A DNA stretch of 64,000 nucleotides from Chrysomallon squamiferum (GCA_012295275.1 CM022679.1:12524001-12588000), one strand, 5' to 3'; counted from the stretch's first letter, positions 26,661-42,948 are shown. Notes: a model not told the origin generated them from the sequence alone. Translations and numbers: made by a program.

Positions 26661-27156
26661 TGACGAAAACGTGTAAATACTGAGTTAATGTTGCACAAGG
26701 CTAATAAATTTACGTTGATTAGCTCGGGTGTATCACCTATTTATACACGTTTGTGCGAATATAAAATTTTATGACATTCTCCATAATAATCATTTACTGT
26801 TACAAATGAAAATGTTTGTTAGCTTAACAAAATAAAACATTTAAAATATTTAGTCAAAGTAATTAATTATTTTATGAGAATTTATAATTTCTTTAAAGGA
26901 TATTATAATGAATAAATATCAAAATAATTTAAATTTAATGACGTACACGAATGTGTTTGCGTGTATATGTATGAGAGAACTGATAATTTATCTTTATCTA
27001 AAAATAAAGAATATAATAACTAAATTTAAAGTTTCTGTATATTATACTATATATATATTATTTGCATCATTTATAAAATTAATAAAACTGTTATTTTTAC
27101 TAAGTTAATTTTGTGTCACACACATATAGTGAAATAACAGTAAATCATGTTTGTAC

Positions 27157-27192
<36 letters not shown>

Positions 27193-27344
27193 AAAAGCAG
27201 TGTTATAGTAAAAAAATGTTACTCTTATTATTTTTCATTACTAGTTTTGATTATTATTAAGTTTCTATATTATTATTATATTTTTAAATCTATTAAATAT
27301 AAGCATATACGTATATTTTAATATTAATTCTATTATTAACATGA

Positions 27345-27375
<31 letters not shown>

Positions 27376-27539
27376 TCTAATGCATTCAGTTCTCAAAGAA
27401 TAACTTTTTTATTAGTTAATTTAAATTTTTCATATAAATTTTTTTTTTTTTTTATCCTTTTTAAAACTATATATTATCTTTTTTATTTTATTATTTTAGT
27501 TTTTTAATTCAAATATATCAGTTCTATTTTAATTCAGTT

Positions 27540-27991
27540 TACATACAAATTCACACCATATACAGTGACGATTACACATGCATTCATATATACATACATA
27601 ATGTACCTAAACACACAAACATAAATCCATACATGCATAATCCATCCATACATATATACATAATCCATCCATCCATCCATCCATCCATACAGACATACAT
27701 ACATACATACATACATACATACTTTCAACATACAGACATATATACATAATCCATACATACAGGCATGCTGCATACATACATGAATACACACATATATACA
27801 AATAAACATGAATATATGCATGCATGCATGTAAACATTCACAGATCCATGAATATATACATAGACAGATAGACAGACAGACAGACAGGCAGACAGACAGA
27901 CAGACAGACGTACAGAAAAATAGAGATATGTAGATAGCTAGATTGACAGATAGATAGAAAGACAGACAAACAGACAGATAGATAGTTAGAC

Positions 27992-28027
<36 letters not shown>

Positions 28028-28290
28028 GGGTTGGTAGGTAGGTAGGTAGGTAGGTAGGTAGGTAGGTAGGTAGATAGGTAGGTAGGCAGGTAGGCAGGTA
28101 GGCTGATAGATAGATATACAGACAGACAGAGAGATAGATAGGTAGATGGGTAGGTAGGTAGACAGGTAGATAGATAGATATGTAGATAGAAAGGTAGATA
28201 GACTGAGATGAAGATAACAGATAAATAGATAGAGACACACACATACACATACAAATAAAGATATGTGTATATGTACATATACACACTGCA
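27540..28290. repeat. Compound tetranucleotide microsatellite (CATA/CATC/GACA/GATA/GGTA)
   Basis: Successive tetranucleotide arrays are directly visible. Confidence 0.9.
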
Positions 28291-28579
28291 GACACATGAA
28301 CATACGTATTACATATTCAAGTAAATTCAAGTAAATCCTCTGTGGGTTAGAATGTGCATTCATCGTGTGTTTACATGTTCAGTTGACACCTATCTTTTTC
28401 ACAGCAGTATTACTGAATAGCACTGCTTTGTGAAAAACTGTTCATGTGCGGTGTCAAAGGCATATCACTTATAAATGGCGATATGAAATACAGCTATTAC
28501 TTATGCATAACTTTTTTTTTATAATATTTATTTTTTGGTGGAAAGATAAGCTAGATAATGCAATGTTTGGTTATTTATT

Positions 28580-28683
<104 letters not shown>

Positions 28684-31600
28684 CATCATTATTTTTATTT
28701 TTATTATTATTTATGTTTAAAAAATATATATTTTTTTTTTTTTTTTTTTCAGTGGGGAAAATGTAAAACGAAATTAAGAAACAAAATAAATCTGTAAATT
28801 TTCTGCTTTTTAAATTATTTTTAAATAAAAAAAATTAAAAAATAATAATATCTTGATAAGCTTTTACTGTTAAACTGTCTATTTAAATGTCAAATAGCAA
28901 CAAATTATAAAACAAATATATATAAGGAATTAAAGTTGATAGCCTAAAAAGATTTATGTGGCACATTTAAATGTTTTAAAACATACATATATGGCTTAAA
29001 ATAGTTTATTGGTATCATAAAATTGCATAAAAATTAAAAAAAAGAACTTTCCAAACAATATCTGTTAATACTGACATATCGTAATATGCTGTAGTCTTTT
29101 ATATACGCGACCCAGGACGCTTTATATCTGTTTTGTATATTTTTTATTTCGCTTAATCATATATTTTTCCATGCGATATCCATCAAATCAAACTGCCAAT
29201 ATATTTTTTTTCAACACCTACAAAGTAAATTAAAACTTAATTATTACCAGTTTATGCTTTCAAAATTAATTTTCTTTTTTTTTATGCGTTTACCACTCGG
29301 TGTTCGTTTATTAATGTAAATACGAAAATAAAAGAAAGTGCATTAAAAATAACATATTTGAACATTAATATAACAAATATAACTAGACAATACTGAACGT
29401 GTTTCACTTCCCGTTAGCCTTCGTGACGAGCTGTCCCCGATGATGAAGATAAAAAAGAGAAATACAAGCCGGCTTCTTAGTCGGCGAGAAAAGGATAATG
29501 GGAGGTGAAGCGAACAGCTCAGTGGCGGCATTGTGTTCACAACTGCGCATGCGTTACTTCTGCAAAGCGCGGGTTAGTTCAAACTCGCTGAAAGTTTTGC
29601 AGGCGGCAAAACTGCATTGCAAAATCTGGATTTTTGCTGCATTTAAAGTAATTACCGGAGCATATTGCGTCAAAGAGACCACCTGAAGACAATTTCCCAT
29701 AATATTTAAGAGCAGTTAAGCACTTCTATTGACTTTCTAAGGTAACTTCGGCGTCTGCTTCTTTGCATTTTCACAAAACAAACGGCGCATTGAGAGCTTG
29801 CCTGCATGGAATAATACACCCACCTGGTATTTTCAATTTTCTCTTCCACTAATAAACACCCCCCTTTCATGTCTATTAAATTCTATACTTAATTGGGGGT
29901 ACTTTACATGCATTAATCATAGTCTTGGCAGTTGCTCGGCGTCGCTGGGTTTTTTTCACCTGTCTGGAATATTGTCTCTGTATTGTCCGAGCTGCGCGTG
30001 TGCTCAGCAAAATGACTGTACGACGATAATTTTACCTCACACGCTGGCAGCAACGTTAACTGCGTATTTACAATTCATGTGGCGAAAAAAAAATCCGCGA
30101 TAAAAATCAAACCAGTGACCGTTTATAACGCTGCCCACGTGCCCGGTCTCGTGTGCAAAGTTCGTGCCTGTTCTTGAGACCGGGAGGGTGTGCACCTTGA
30201 GATATTTTGATAGGAATTGCCGTGTAAGGGTGCAGCTTTGGAGTGGGTCCTGCTGTTATACTAGCGAGAATACGATTCTGCATCTGCCATACGATCCATC
30301 CCAGAAAAGGAGGGCAAGAAGGTGCCGTCTCAGAAAATGACAGCTATATCAGGATGCTAAATGCACAAAGAATCAAGTACAAATCGACAAACACGTGGCC
30401 TCCAAAGTGCACGTTTTTCTTAAACCAAGTCGTGCTGAGCTCCAGACAAAGTATTTTTCTTGCAACTGGGAAGAATCGGGAATGAAAGTGTTGGAAGGAA
30501 GTGACTGGAGGGGGGGTAGATGGAAAAAAAAAATGTAATAATAATGTAACAACTCTCTTTATCTCAACGAACTTTTATGTGCATTTTTTACTCGCAGTCT
30601 TTCCATATGTCTTGCCCTCTCGATTAACACCGGGGTATAATATTGAGAATTAATGGAAATTTGTTTGTTAACATTAGGGTGAAAAAAATGAAAAAACAAA
30701 GAGTGAGCTGAATAACAAAAGTTCTGTTAATTCCACTCGTATAACATTTGCATCATATTAGGCTCCTACCAGAGTTTAAATCTGATATTCAATAACAAAC
30801 CGTTAAATCAAACTGTGTTTTCTTATCGTAGTTTCTTTGAACTTTCTCTCTTTTCTACTTTTTTTAAACTTCTGTTTATGTCTTTCTTTCTTTTAAAACC
30901 TTTTTTTTTTCTTTTTTTTTTTTTTTTTTTTTTTTTTCATCGTCATTTCTTCCCAAACACACTTTATTTTAATTTCTGCATGGTGTTCTTTCAAATGAAA
31001 ATAAATGAAGCAAACCTAATGGGAAATTTTTGAAAATTTTCACCGAGGGTTACAAGTACAGACCCTTAACTCGCAATTATTACGTTTTTAAGTCAACTCA
31101 CAATTTACATAACAAAGAGATATTGCAAAGTTCTGTCTCAAAGCGAAATTAGAACAGTAAAATCTGTTTAATAATTTGTTTTTAGCTCTTTGTTTAATCG
31201 GTGGATATAACATGTGCTAAATCTGACATATGGACCCCTGCTTTTAATGTTAATATCTGAATGTTTATTCCAAAATATGAGTTACGTTTATTTTATAATT
31301 ATCCATTCATTACAGCCGGTTAAGATTTAATAAGTACATGTACTGGGAAATGGGCTTGACTGTAAGGATATAGACAATGTGTATTGTCTAACTCCAGAAT
31401 TACAAGCATTCAAAGGTAGAAATACTAGATTGGTACCAAAACAAGAATTAAACTGTTGATATTCTCAGCCTACATTTAATACGTTCTACAAGAGATCAAG
31501 TACTGGCTCACCGAGAGACACACTAAAGAATGTTTATTATATATACATGTTTACTGAGGCCATCTAAACAAAAGACGAATGTAAATTAGAGTAAAGAATT

Positions 31601-31787
31601 ATAACGTTATCAATAAGTTCCAACAGCAATCTGCTTTGATTTTAATTATCCCATGTTAGTGCATATTCTTTAAAATAAACAAACTTACAAACTGAAGGTC
31701 TGTCTAAAATGGAAATAATCACTTTGAAATGCAAACGTTTAATAATTACTGAAAATGTTATTTGGAAAATGTATAATTTGTGCTTTT

Positions 31788-31910
<123 letters not shown>

Positions 31911-32729
31911 GAATGGGTGCAACCGTTAGTGAACGGCCATAGTAATAATTTTTGGGAAATATGCATTTAATTATTTTCTTTGCTGCCAGATGATGGCTAG
32001 ACCATGTCTGCAGTGAGTGTATCTTTCCAATATAGAGATCAATTTAGACATGATTTTTCATAAAAACAATCAAGAGGTAACGAGAAATATACAAAGATGT
32101 TGAAGTCGAGATTAAATGGAAATAATTATAGATTTAATATTGAACTGAATGTGTAAATGACAAAGAGAACAACAAATTTATAAACGGAGAAATAACTTTG
32201 GAGATAAGATAATAAATTATGAAACGTCTGAGTTTTGAGAATTCATATTTTTATAGTAAGAATCTTCAAAGATAATTTATTTATATGATCTGACAGAGAG
32301 TAGAAAAGATGGAGGATTTAACACAACTTAAACATGATACAAAATAACACCAAAAGGAAGCCATGTTAATAAAATACAAAGTTTTATGTCTTCTGTGTCT
32401 GAGAGATTGATATCTGGGGCACCAGCCTTTTAAAAAAAAATGCAGTTTTAGCTAAAGCACCTTAAGTTTTAATTCTGGCAGCTCTCTTTGGCAAATTCTG
32501 CCCATTGTTAATTTTTATTTAATAAACAGACCAGTATACATCTTATAAAAAAAAAGTAATGTTCAGTGGAGGTGATATCGTTGGTGTGGAGTGTTGCAGG
32601 ATCACTTCTCCTCTTTTATTTTTTTACATTTCAGATAGTGCCCAGCATCTTCTGTATTATCAGCGGTGACTTTTCGCTGAAGTTTTATTAAACAAGTTTC
32701 TTCTTTCATTCTTTCATTCCTTCATAAGA

Positions 32730-33015
32730 AGTTGGACTCAGTTTAGCTGTACAGGCTTCGCTGTAGATGCAGGGGATCGTTAGACCAATCCCCCATTGAG
32801 TTATTTCTGTTTCCAGCCTGAGCTCCACAAATGATGCAAACAAATTGTCCTGTTTGCAGGAAGGTTCATGTTAAAAATTCCTTGATGCTAATCGGAAAGA
32901 GTAGACCATGGAATGATGACAGCAGGTTTTCTCTTGATATCTGAGTGGTCATTAAATATAATGTTATGTTTGATGTCACACAGCTATAAATATTTCCTAA
33001 ATCTATTCATTCATC
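32730..33015 (+). mobile_element. Degenerate near full-length SINE (MetaSINE-like)
   Basis: A tRNA-like head (gactcagtttag...) is followed by ccccattgagttatttctgtttccagcc and the core ccttgatgctaatcggaaagagtagaccatg...gacagcaggttttctct, then a (TTCA)n-like tail. The core recurs at about 60075 and 60297. The family assignment is from recall of mollusc SINEs, not a search. Confidence 0.55.
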
Positions 33016-33779
33016 AATTCACTGATTCAGTTTACCGTTAGAAAAAGTCCTTTATGTAATACTGGCACACTGTTTAGTCCATGTACAAAGAATATACCTT
33101 TAACATGACAAATAATTTAATTACTAGAATGTCTCCAAGTTAATCATGTATTGATTAAACACTTAGGCATTGATCTTTGTATTTATTGCACATTCTGTCC
33201 ACGTACTTTCCCAGAGCTAAAACAGTTTTCACGTAATAAAGTTATCAGATAAAAATTTCTCAGCAATTTTCGACACGAAAATCAATGTGAGTTCTTTGTG
33301 TAAAGACAGGCACTGATAAAAACCCTGCCTGCCTGTAAAAAGGATTAAGAAACGGCATTACACGTGCAGACTTTGGGAAACCAAACAACAAAGTCAAATT
33401 TAGAACAAAAACCGGGTTCATTTTCCATCCTCTCGTTTAATTAATCTTGGTGGCCAGTGACGGCAAAGAATAAACATAAATGAACGTGTTCTGTTTTAGA
33501 AAAAAGCAAAGTAGAATCTAACACATGATCAGCGTTACAACGTAAAAAAAATCCAAAATTCCAATTTGTTATGGAAAATATTAATGGTGTCAGCAAACAC
33601 TGGTTATCAGAACAAAGTTTAGAACATGTGTAAAGACTTGAAGAGGTCGATTAATGTGCAGAATTTAATATTTTTCAGTTATATTAATATTACATTAAAA
33701 AACAAAAGAAATTTTTATTTTTATTTTGTGTCACAATATGATGAATTAATACTAGAGTATGATACCTCTGTACAAATAT

Positions 33780-34400
33780 CAGAAAATATAATATTTACAT
33801 AATAACGTAATGATTTTATGTAAGAATGCCATGGTTATATAACAATATAATGATTTTTTATATAAGAATGTAATTGTTTTACATCAGAGTATGTTTACAT
33901 AACACTGAAATGATTTTACAGAATAATTTCTACAGGAATACAGCTTTATAAAAATGAAATATGATTTTTTATAAGAAAAGATTATAAAGGTTTATCATAA
34001 GAATACAATGGGTATACATAAAAATAAATGTTTTTTTCGTAACAACGAAATATATAGTCGTAAATACAAGTATAATGGTTTTACATAAGATTAAAAATAA
34101 AGGGTTATTTCGCTGTAATAAAACAATTATAGGTTAATGGTTTTACAAAATAATATAAATTTAACATAACGGTTTTATTTATGATCAGAATTAACTGGCT
34201 TTAAGTCATAACATAATAGTTCAAAAAACAATATAGGAAATTTTTTACATACATTAATATGATTTTACAAATAAAAAAGAAAAAAAGAAGATGAAATAAT
34301 AGTTTTACATAAACATAAAAATAGTTTTATAATAATATAACGGTTGTTTACATGGCAGTTAGTTTCACGTACTAATTAAATTTAATGGTTCTACATAAGA
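33780..34400 (+). repeat. Degenerate AT-rich minisatellite, unit about 25-28 bp
   Basis: Variants of TTTTACATAAGAAT recur through the tract. Confidence 0.55.
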
Positions 34401-34517
34401 AAGAAAAAAAAGGTTTAATGTAGGAATATTTGAATATGTAAGTTCCTAAAAGAAAGAATCACTGTTAAATAAGTAGTACTGATTTTTGTTATTGCGTCTG
34501 ATATTTAATTAGTAGTG

Positions 34518-34593
<76 letters not shown>

Positions 34594-35369
34594 CAGCAGC
34601 AGCAGTTGTTGAAACAGTAGTAGCAGCAGCGGTAGTAGTAGCAGTTATTGTAGCAATTGCGGTGGTAAAAATATAATAATAATAGTGATAATAATAATAA
34701 TTATAACAATAATAATAAAACAACAACAATCACAATATCTGCCAATATATTTCCATTTGTAAAAGATATGGTAATTATTTATTACATATATATATATTTT
34801 AAACCTGCTTGCGTCACGGATGAGATTTTTCAAATGGGCTGTCTAGAATTATCACGTTCTCTGACGAAATGACAGACAATTATTTTCAGAACGTTACGTA
34901 AAAACCCTTAATGCCGTCGTTATTGAATTATTGAAAGAAAATGTCGAGCTGTCATATGAAAAGCCATTTAACACGTGTCTTGCAAACTGAGAGACAGGGA
35001 GAGAGAGAGAAAGAGAAACCAAAAAAAAAAAAAATGAGATGAAGAGATGAGAAAATAAAGAGAATACGAGACAGACGTATGTCCATGTTTCCCTGTGTAC
35101 GGTGAGGAAAACGAATTAATACAGTGGCTCTGAAAAATAACGATTACGTCACAATTACTATGATTAACAAATCAGAGATTGTGCGTAATTTTTGTCCTAG
35201 AGATGTGTGCATATGTGCGTTTATAATTATATTAATATATGTATTTATATACAGAAAGAGAGAGAGAAAAAGAGAAAGAGAAAAGAGAGAGATAGGGAGA
35301 TAGAATGATTATTAAAGGATATATAAGTGTGAGTGGTAGAGATACTATGTATGTTTCTGTCTGTCTTTG

Positions 35370-35433
<64 letters not shown>

Positions 35434-35770
35434 ATGTGTGTGCAAGGAGATCTGTATTAACAAAAGAAACGTTCATTCAACAGGAAATTAAAAAAAATAT
35501 TGATTAACTCGGATATTTTTCTCATACTTCGTTTGATCTCAAAATGCATTTAGCATATTAGCCAGCGATAGCAATAACTTAAATAGCAATAATTGAAAAT
35601 GAATAATTTTGACAATTTATCGACTGTTTATTTATTAAATATTTTGTTATGTCAAGTGTATCGAAACCATCTGTGAACAAAATTTATACTTTCCTGATTT
35701 GTCGATTTAGAGATACAACGTATATTACGGAGTCTTCGGCGGACATGTTTAATTTTTTGTGTTTTTTCAC

Positions 35771-35887
<117 letters not shown>

Positions 35888-36084
35888 GTTTCTTTTATAT
35901 ATAATTCAGTTCCATAATTATATTAAAATGTATGTTTTACATGTGTTGTTGTTATATATGGAGAAGTCAGAACTAAAGAGGCAAATGAAAAATACTTGGG
36001 AAAAGTTAATAATCAATCTTCTGCTGCAAAAAGAAAAAAAAATCGATCAGTCAGTCAATCTGTAACAACAACAACAACAACAAC

Positions 36085-36116
<32 letters not shown>

Positions 36117-36403
36117 TAATATAATAATTAACATCTACATTAATTTGATTTCATGTTAATTACCTCGTTGAAATTAATAAACTCGAAATCTGTATCTCTA
36201 ACTTATACAGGTGAATAAAGAACTTGAATTTCAACGTATCTTGATAAATTATTTAATTGGAAGTCAATTAATGTAACAGATATATTTTGAATAACCATTT
36301 TATGTATATATTGGGCTATAACTATGTAAGATCCAAAAATCTTTCTTTTTTCATTATTTTAATTATATCACTTTTTCAAATAAAACAATAGTTTGACACA
36401 CTG

Positions 36404-36435
<32 letters not shown>

Positions 36436-39400
36436 CGTTTTCAAAATTATTAATTATTTTTAATGGTAACAGCGTTTTTCCTGTTTTTATTTTAAATAAT
36501 ATTTCTGGTTGACCTGCAGACGATAAATATTTGTGACACTAGATTTATTTTCACTAATAAAAAAAGTGAAAATTACAAATTGTAAATTGAAAAACACTAC
36601 AATAAATTACTCTCATTTTTATTTCCCTCACATAATGCGTGTATCATGGACGTGCCCTTGAGGTTTCCACTTCGTGTGCTTATAAAGAGACGAGCACAAA
36701 GCGGCCACGAACCCGCGACAGTGAAATCTGATTCCGTAATTCTACGACAGAAAAACAAATTCGACCGATAAACTTAATTTCATTGAAGCACAGAAATAAT
36801 TTGCATCGCTGAAATGATGAAATAACTACCTCTTCCACAAGAAGAAAAAAAAAAAAAAAAAAAAGATAAAAAAAAAAAGAGAAAAAACAAACACAAGTAA
36901 TGTGCCATGAAATGTATTCTTTTAAAAAAAAAAGTGAAAAAAAAAAGAATTTAGTTTGTGAAAATTCTCTTTTGATAAAATACACGACCACTGGTAGTGG
37001 CTTATGCAGTTTTTGGTCAGTAGACGTTGGCCATGTAATTATCCCCGCGCCACCAATGTGTGTGTGAAAGGTGACGTGCGGCGGTATCGACAAGTAGGTA
37101 ATCGTCTTCCGATATCGCCCGAGCGTCGAGAACGAGGCGGACACAAACCGATTATTTCCTCAACTTCCTGCCGCCGGCTTTGTAGCCGGATATGACCGAC
37201 AGTGGGTCATTTTCATAACTGTTTCCAGAGCGCCATTGAGGCGCGCGTGGCGGGCACGCGCTGCAAGGGACGCTGGGAACTGAGAAATAACAGTGTATAA
37301 TCTTGATGTCTGTGTTAAGAATAGTCGTACCAGATGGTACCTGGTGTCATTTTGTGAGTCTTTATTTTTGTAATTAGCTTTCGTTGTTGTTTGAGGTTTA
37401 AAGAAAACAACTTCACTTTGATTAGGCAGATCGGATGTACACGTTCGGTATTGTCTGTTCTGTTTCCTTTGACTAATGTTTAGTCTGTCTTTAGAATACG
37501 AAAATGAAATATTTGTACCTCTGCAATCAAAACGACAAAACTCTTACAATTGTATCTCGGCACACTGAAGGTAAATAACGAGAAAAAACGAGGTGATACG
37601 TGTGACCAAACAAGCGAAGTTCAACAGTTCAGCATTTAACGTTTAATATTTCTTACCGTAACTAGATGTATACTTGAAGAACTTGGAAAAATTATTATCA
37701 TTCCTGTCTGAATGACCAGATTTGTTTTGGCCATAGAATGTTAATAACATATTCTTTTATAAATATGTGTGCATTGCATGGACGGTCGGATATTTCATAT
37801 AAAGACATACACTCAAACAGAAACAGATATACAGATATATAGCTGTATACATACGCACATACATAAATACATACATACATACATACATATTTACATACAT
37901 ATTTTAACAAATATACACTTTTTGTTTTGTTTAGTTATACATTGTTTTAATACATCGTATATCATAAATAAGGTATATGACTTTTAAATGCAACCATAAA
38001 TACATAGCTAGACGTATAGACAGACAGACAAATAGATAGATAAATATAAATAGAGAAACATATAAGCCAGAAAAGAGGAGAGGATGGCTGGGCCATACGA
38101 TTTTTGGTGTCCTTTTTCCCCGTTGCCATGGGGATTCTACGGTAAAGATTGTTCATGTCGTTCCAGTTCTTTCATTCTGTTATGTTAATTGTAAGTACGT
38201 CATATACACTACACGTGCATGCATTTACACATATGTATTCAGCACTTATTCCAAAAATACTTAATGAGCAATTCGACATGAAGCCTGGTTTATTACCAGT
38301 TTTTCATGGATATGTACATGTATACACACGCATACACGAGAATACATTTATGTATAAAAAACAACCCTTTAATATAATGATTTATTTATTAATGTGATGC
38401 TACATGGTTGTTATAATTTAATTTTTTTTTTTTTTTCACTGCTTCCTCCATCAACATCATCATATAGACCACTCCTGCTGCTTGCTGTGTAACAATAGCA
38501 GACTGAAAGCAACATCAAGTACTCTGGAGAAAATATCTTTATATTCGTGTTCTAGTCATATTTTCTTTCTGTTCCGATCGTTTACCACATGAACTTAACT
38601 AGTTTGTGTGGGCGTACGTAATACCAGTGTATGCTCTAGTAATTTTCACAGTACTTATTTCTGACAATTCATCTGTCAGTCTCCACCTGTTAATACACAG
38701 AAAACATTTTAACAGTTCACCAAGTGTATACAAGAACATTAACAAAAGAAAAAACAAACAATATAATTCATTTATAATACAAAAGTTTTTATCTCAAATG
38801 CTTTTTTTTTTCCATTTTTTTTTTTTTTTTTTTAGGTTAATGCGTCGTACAAATGATTCAATTTATCCTCTTCCATGTGTTTTCATTCAAACATGACTTC
38901 TCTAACGGCGATTAATACCGTTTTATTGACATGTTTATGACATAGTTTTGAACTTACCAAGCGTGCAGGTTGTTCAATCAGCATGCGCGCACGCGTCGGG
39001 CGATACGTCTTTTCTGTGGCCTTAGTGTAGTCAGCATTGTCGCTGGTCAGTGAGCGGTATAATGGAGAACAGCAGGAATAAAGAACACAGTATACGACCT
39101 CACTCTCCAAACGAAATTAAAACCACTTTATAAAGATAACGCTACTCCGAAATAATAAACACCAAGGTGTAGGTCAAAAGATAACAGCATCGATCTTTTT
39201 CATTCGGGTCGTCCAATTTATCAATTTGTTTTTGATATGGCACTTTTACTATCATGTTGTGACAAGTTTGTTGAATAACAGGCCAGTAGCTGAAGTTTTT
39301 TCCTCTTTTTTTTCTGAAATGGTATAGTCCAGTAGTAGCCTGAAGTGACACTATTTCTATTGCGTTGTGATAAACATCATTGTATTTACTACTATAATTT

Positions 39401-39720
39401 CACTGTTTTTCTTTTTCGTTATTTCTCAGTTCTAGCTTGTTAACTGTAAGTTCGTATGTTCTGTGTATAAAACTGTTTGTGTTTGTACTTTCACAATTAA
39501 ATAGTTTTTCACAGTATGATAAGATAAATAAGTTGTATCATTTAATAAGTATGTTTTGCATGAGATGTTAAAAACATACTGGGTTATGTTTCGTTTATTA
39601 TTATGAAAATATAAACATGAATTCATTCCCATTATCGTAAGTATAGTGCTATTTTATATCTGAAGTTGAGTTATTTGCTACTATTGTTGTTTCTTTTTAT
39701 TTGTATTAAGTCACACACAC

Positions 39721-39809
<89 letters not shown>

Positions 39810-40609
39810 ATCTGAGTGTATGTTTTGAATTAACCATGAAAAATTAAAACAAATTCCCAGTGTTTTAATAACACTGTAAAAAGTTTAAAATTTAAAAACC
39901 GAACAAATAAATGATAAAGCTCTCTTTCACAACATCTAACTTTGTATGCATACACACGCTATTCATCACTGTCACACAGAGATACAGACCTACCGCACAA
40001 CAGCAATGTAAACATCAAAAAACCCATAACAAACAAAAAAATTCAGAATACATTTTATATTAGCATTTTGTTAGAGATAATATTCAAATGTGTACTTTAC
40101 TTTTGCTATCAAGGTCGAGTGAACGTGTTTCATTTAAAGCGAGGTATATACCCATTGTTTACGGTTTCTATCATTCACTGAGTCTTTACATTCAGACAGC
40201 TTGTTGTATGTTATTCGCTAACGTTCAGTATGCTACAGAAAAGCCTACAACAAATACTTCTATTGATATTACTTCGTCTATTAATATTATTTTAACTCTA
40301 TTACTGCTGTTGACGTTGCAGCTACTATTGTTTCCACTTTAATTTCTCTTCAATAAAATTTTTATGTGATTACGATTTATTTTAACTATTAGCAATAGCA
40401 TTAGTAATAGTTGGTGATGATTACTGTTATTCTTTCTGCTACTCTTAGCACATTAGTACAATTGCTACTTCGACTAACACTGTAAAGAATATTACAGTAT
40501 TATTATAATACTGTTATCTGCTAGTCTACTGGGAAAATATAATTATTCAAAGATTTAGAAAGGCAACAGTGAAATTCCATTTTATTTTGGGCAAATAATG
40601 CTCACTGAA

Positions 40610-40678
<69 letters not shown>

Positions 40679-42900
40679 AGCCATAAGAACTAAACTCCAG
40701 CGATGTCACAGAACTTTGTACCTTCCAGTTTAAACTCAATTACCAGCCTACTGAGCCACCGATATATTTATCCCAGTTGGTCTGAGATGGCCTGTCACCC
40801 CAGCTGACCCCTGACACTTGTGGAGGACGGAGAACAAGTCCAATAATACTCTGGCACGTGACAGACACGTGACCATCATTCTTTCGCCTCACAATGAAAA
40901 ATCATTTGCCCAGATCGAGTTTAAAAGCATGCAAAAATTATTTTAAAAAAAGTAAACGCCTTTCATTTTTACTTTTCTTTCTCGAATTTTCTCTCGTGTA
41001 TTTTTTTTTAATCATTGTGGATGATTTTAAATTACCCCGCTATGTTCTAATTGATACGTAGTTCGTTCACGACGTACGCTTCAGCCATTGAAACAAGAAG
41101 ACCAAACGCACGCTCCACAACGGGTCATCACAAAACAACAGTGGACAGATATAAAATCACGGACCATTAAACTGGACCCATAATTCCGTCCCGGTCATTA
41201 AAGTGGACAGGTACACGCATCATTTTATGCCACGCTTAGATAAGTCGTGTGCATCCAGTCTGCATCGGTCTTGCGTCCATTGTCCGCTGTCATGTCCGAT
41301 CAATAAGGTTTAGGACAATCTTGCACAAAATGATTTCACGAAACCTTTAGTTAGACTGTCATTACCGCTATCCCCTTCATCCCTAGATTACTAACTCTGA
41401 TACACCCCGGGGAAAAAAATATTAAGATATCCAGGAAAGAAAACGCGTGGTCAGACCTTAAATGACATCCTGAACGCTAGCAAAGAACAATTAAAAGAAG
41501 AGAAAAAAAAATTGTAATGAAAAGAACCTCACAGACGCACGGGTATGCGTTTTCTCAAGACTCATACAAAATGTTTGTAAATGCATATATGATACTGCAC
41601 GCTCCTCTGGGCATTTATAAAAGACTTTTCCCCAAACCATAACTTTCTCGGCATGCGTCCATTTTGCTGTCTGTGAAAAGAAAGTCGTAATAAAACACTT
41701 TGTTTGCGGCTAGATAAAAATCATTTACCGGGTTACGCCAGGTACCGGGGTTTAGGCAATAGACGGAGATGAAAAGATTCGCGGGTATCAGATAAACAAT
41801 TACAACATTAGCCGCCGTGCTCAGAACACGAGTTACAAACGTGTCGCACACGCCTACAAACTACGTGTCCAAGTGCAAAGATTTTACTGTTATAAAGAGA
41901 AACATTACTGTCTGTTTTTTCTGAAGTTATTCTCCTTTTTTGCGCTTTGTTTATTAATAATTTCCTTAATTCGTATTCCTGTTTCTGTTTTTCGATTACC
42001 CTTTCTTCTCATTGTTTGCGGCTAATCGATCTATAATGTCAAAATTCATAACGTATTGTTCTGTAACAGAAAGGCAAAGATGTTAAACAGATTTCACCGT
42101 GGCCTGTTAGGTGTCAGAATTAATACGGCATCCGCGAGTTGGAGACAAAAACAAGAAAAGAAAATGTAAAATAATAATAATTTTTAAAAACTAAGAAATT
42201 TAAGAATCTCCAAATTAAAAAAAAAAAAAAAAAAAAAGATAATAATAACAATAAAATAAAACGATAGAAAACGTTAATGTTAACATATTGTCTCCTTTAT
42301 ATCACCATATTTTTAAAACTAAGTGCCCACATTTTATTTCTAATTTTATTTTTATTTTATTTTTTATTGAAATTTATTTTGGCCTTTTTCTATTCTCAAT
42401 CATGTGATTCTTCTACTGTGAAAAAAAGACTTCACTCAGTCACAATTAAAAACACGCAAAAATTAGTTAGACGTTAATTTAGAAGCATGCTCCTGTTATT
42501 ATGTTATTCTCGATTTGTTTGCCTTTGTCTGTTTGTGCATGTGCACATGTGTGCATGTGTGCATGTGTGCATGTGTGGGTGTGTGTGCGTATGGACCAAG
42601 ATAGGATGGAACAGACTCAGAGAACAGAGAGGAGAAGGGGTTAGGAAGGAAAGAGAAAAATCCAGGAGAGAACAAAAAAAAGGACAGAGAGAGAGAGAGA
42701 AAAGAAACTCCGAGAAAATGAGAAAGAAAAAGAAAGGGAGAATAATATGATACAAATTTAACATTTCCATATTTTAAAATTATTTTTAATTATTTATTTT
42801 ATTATTGTTGTTATTATTATTATTATAATGAGTTTATGTTACCTTTTTTTTTTTTTTTATTATTATTATTATTTATTATTGAGGTTTTTTCCCTTGGCTT

Positions 42901-42948
<48 letters not shown>

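Noticed and set aside
27534-28363. 253-aa, 148-aa and 125-aa ORFs with YLPT/LSIY/CLSV repeats
   Set aside because: They are translations of tetranucleotide microsatellites.
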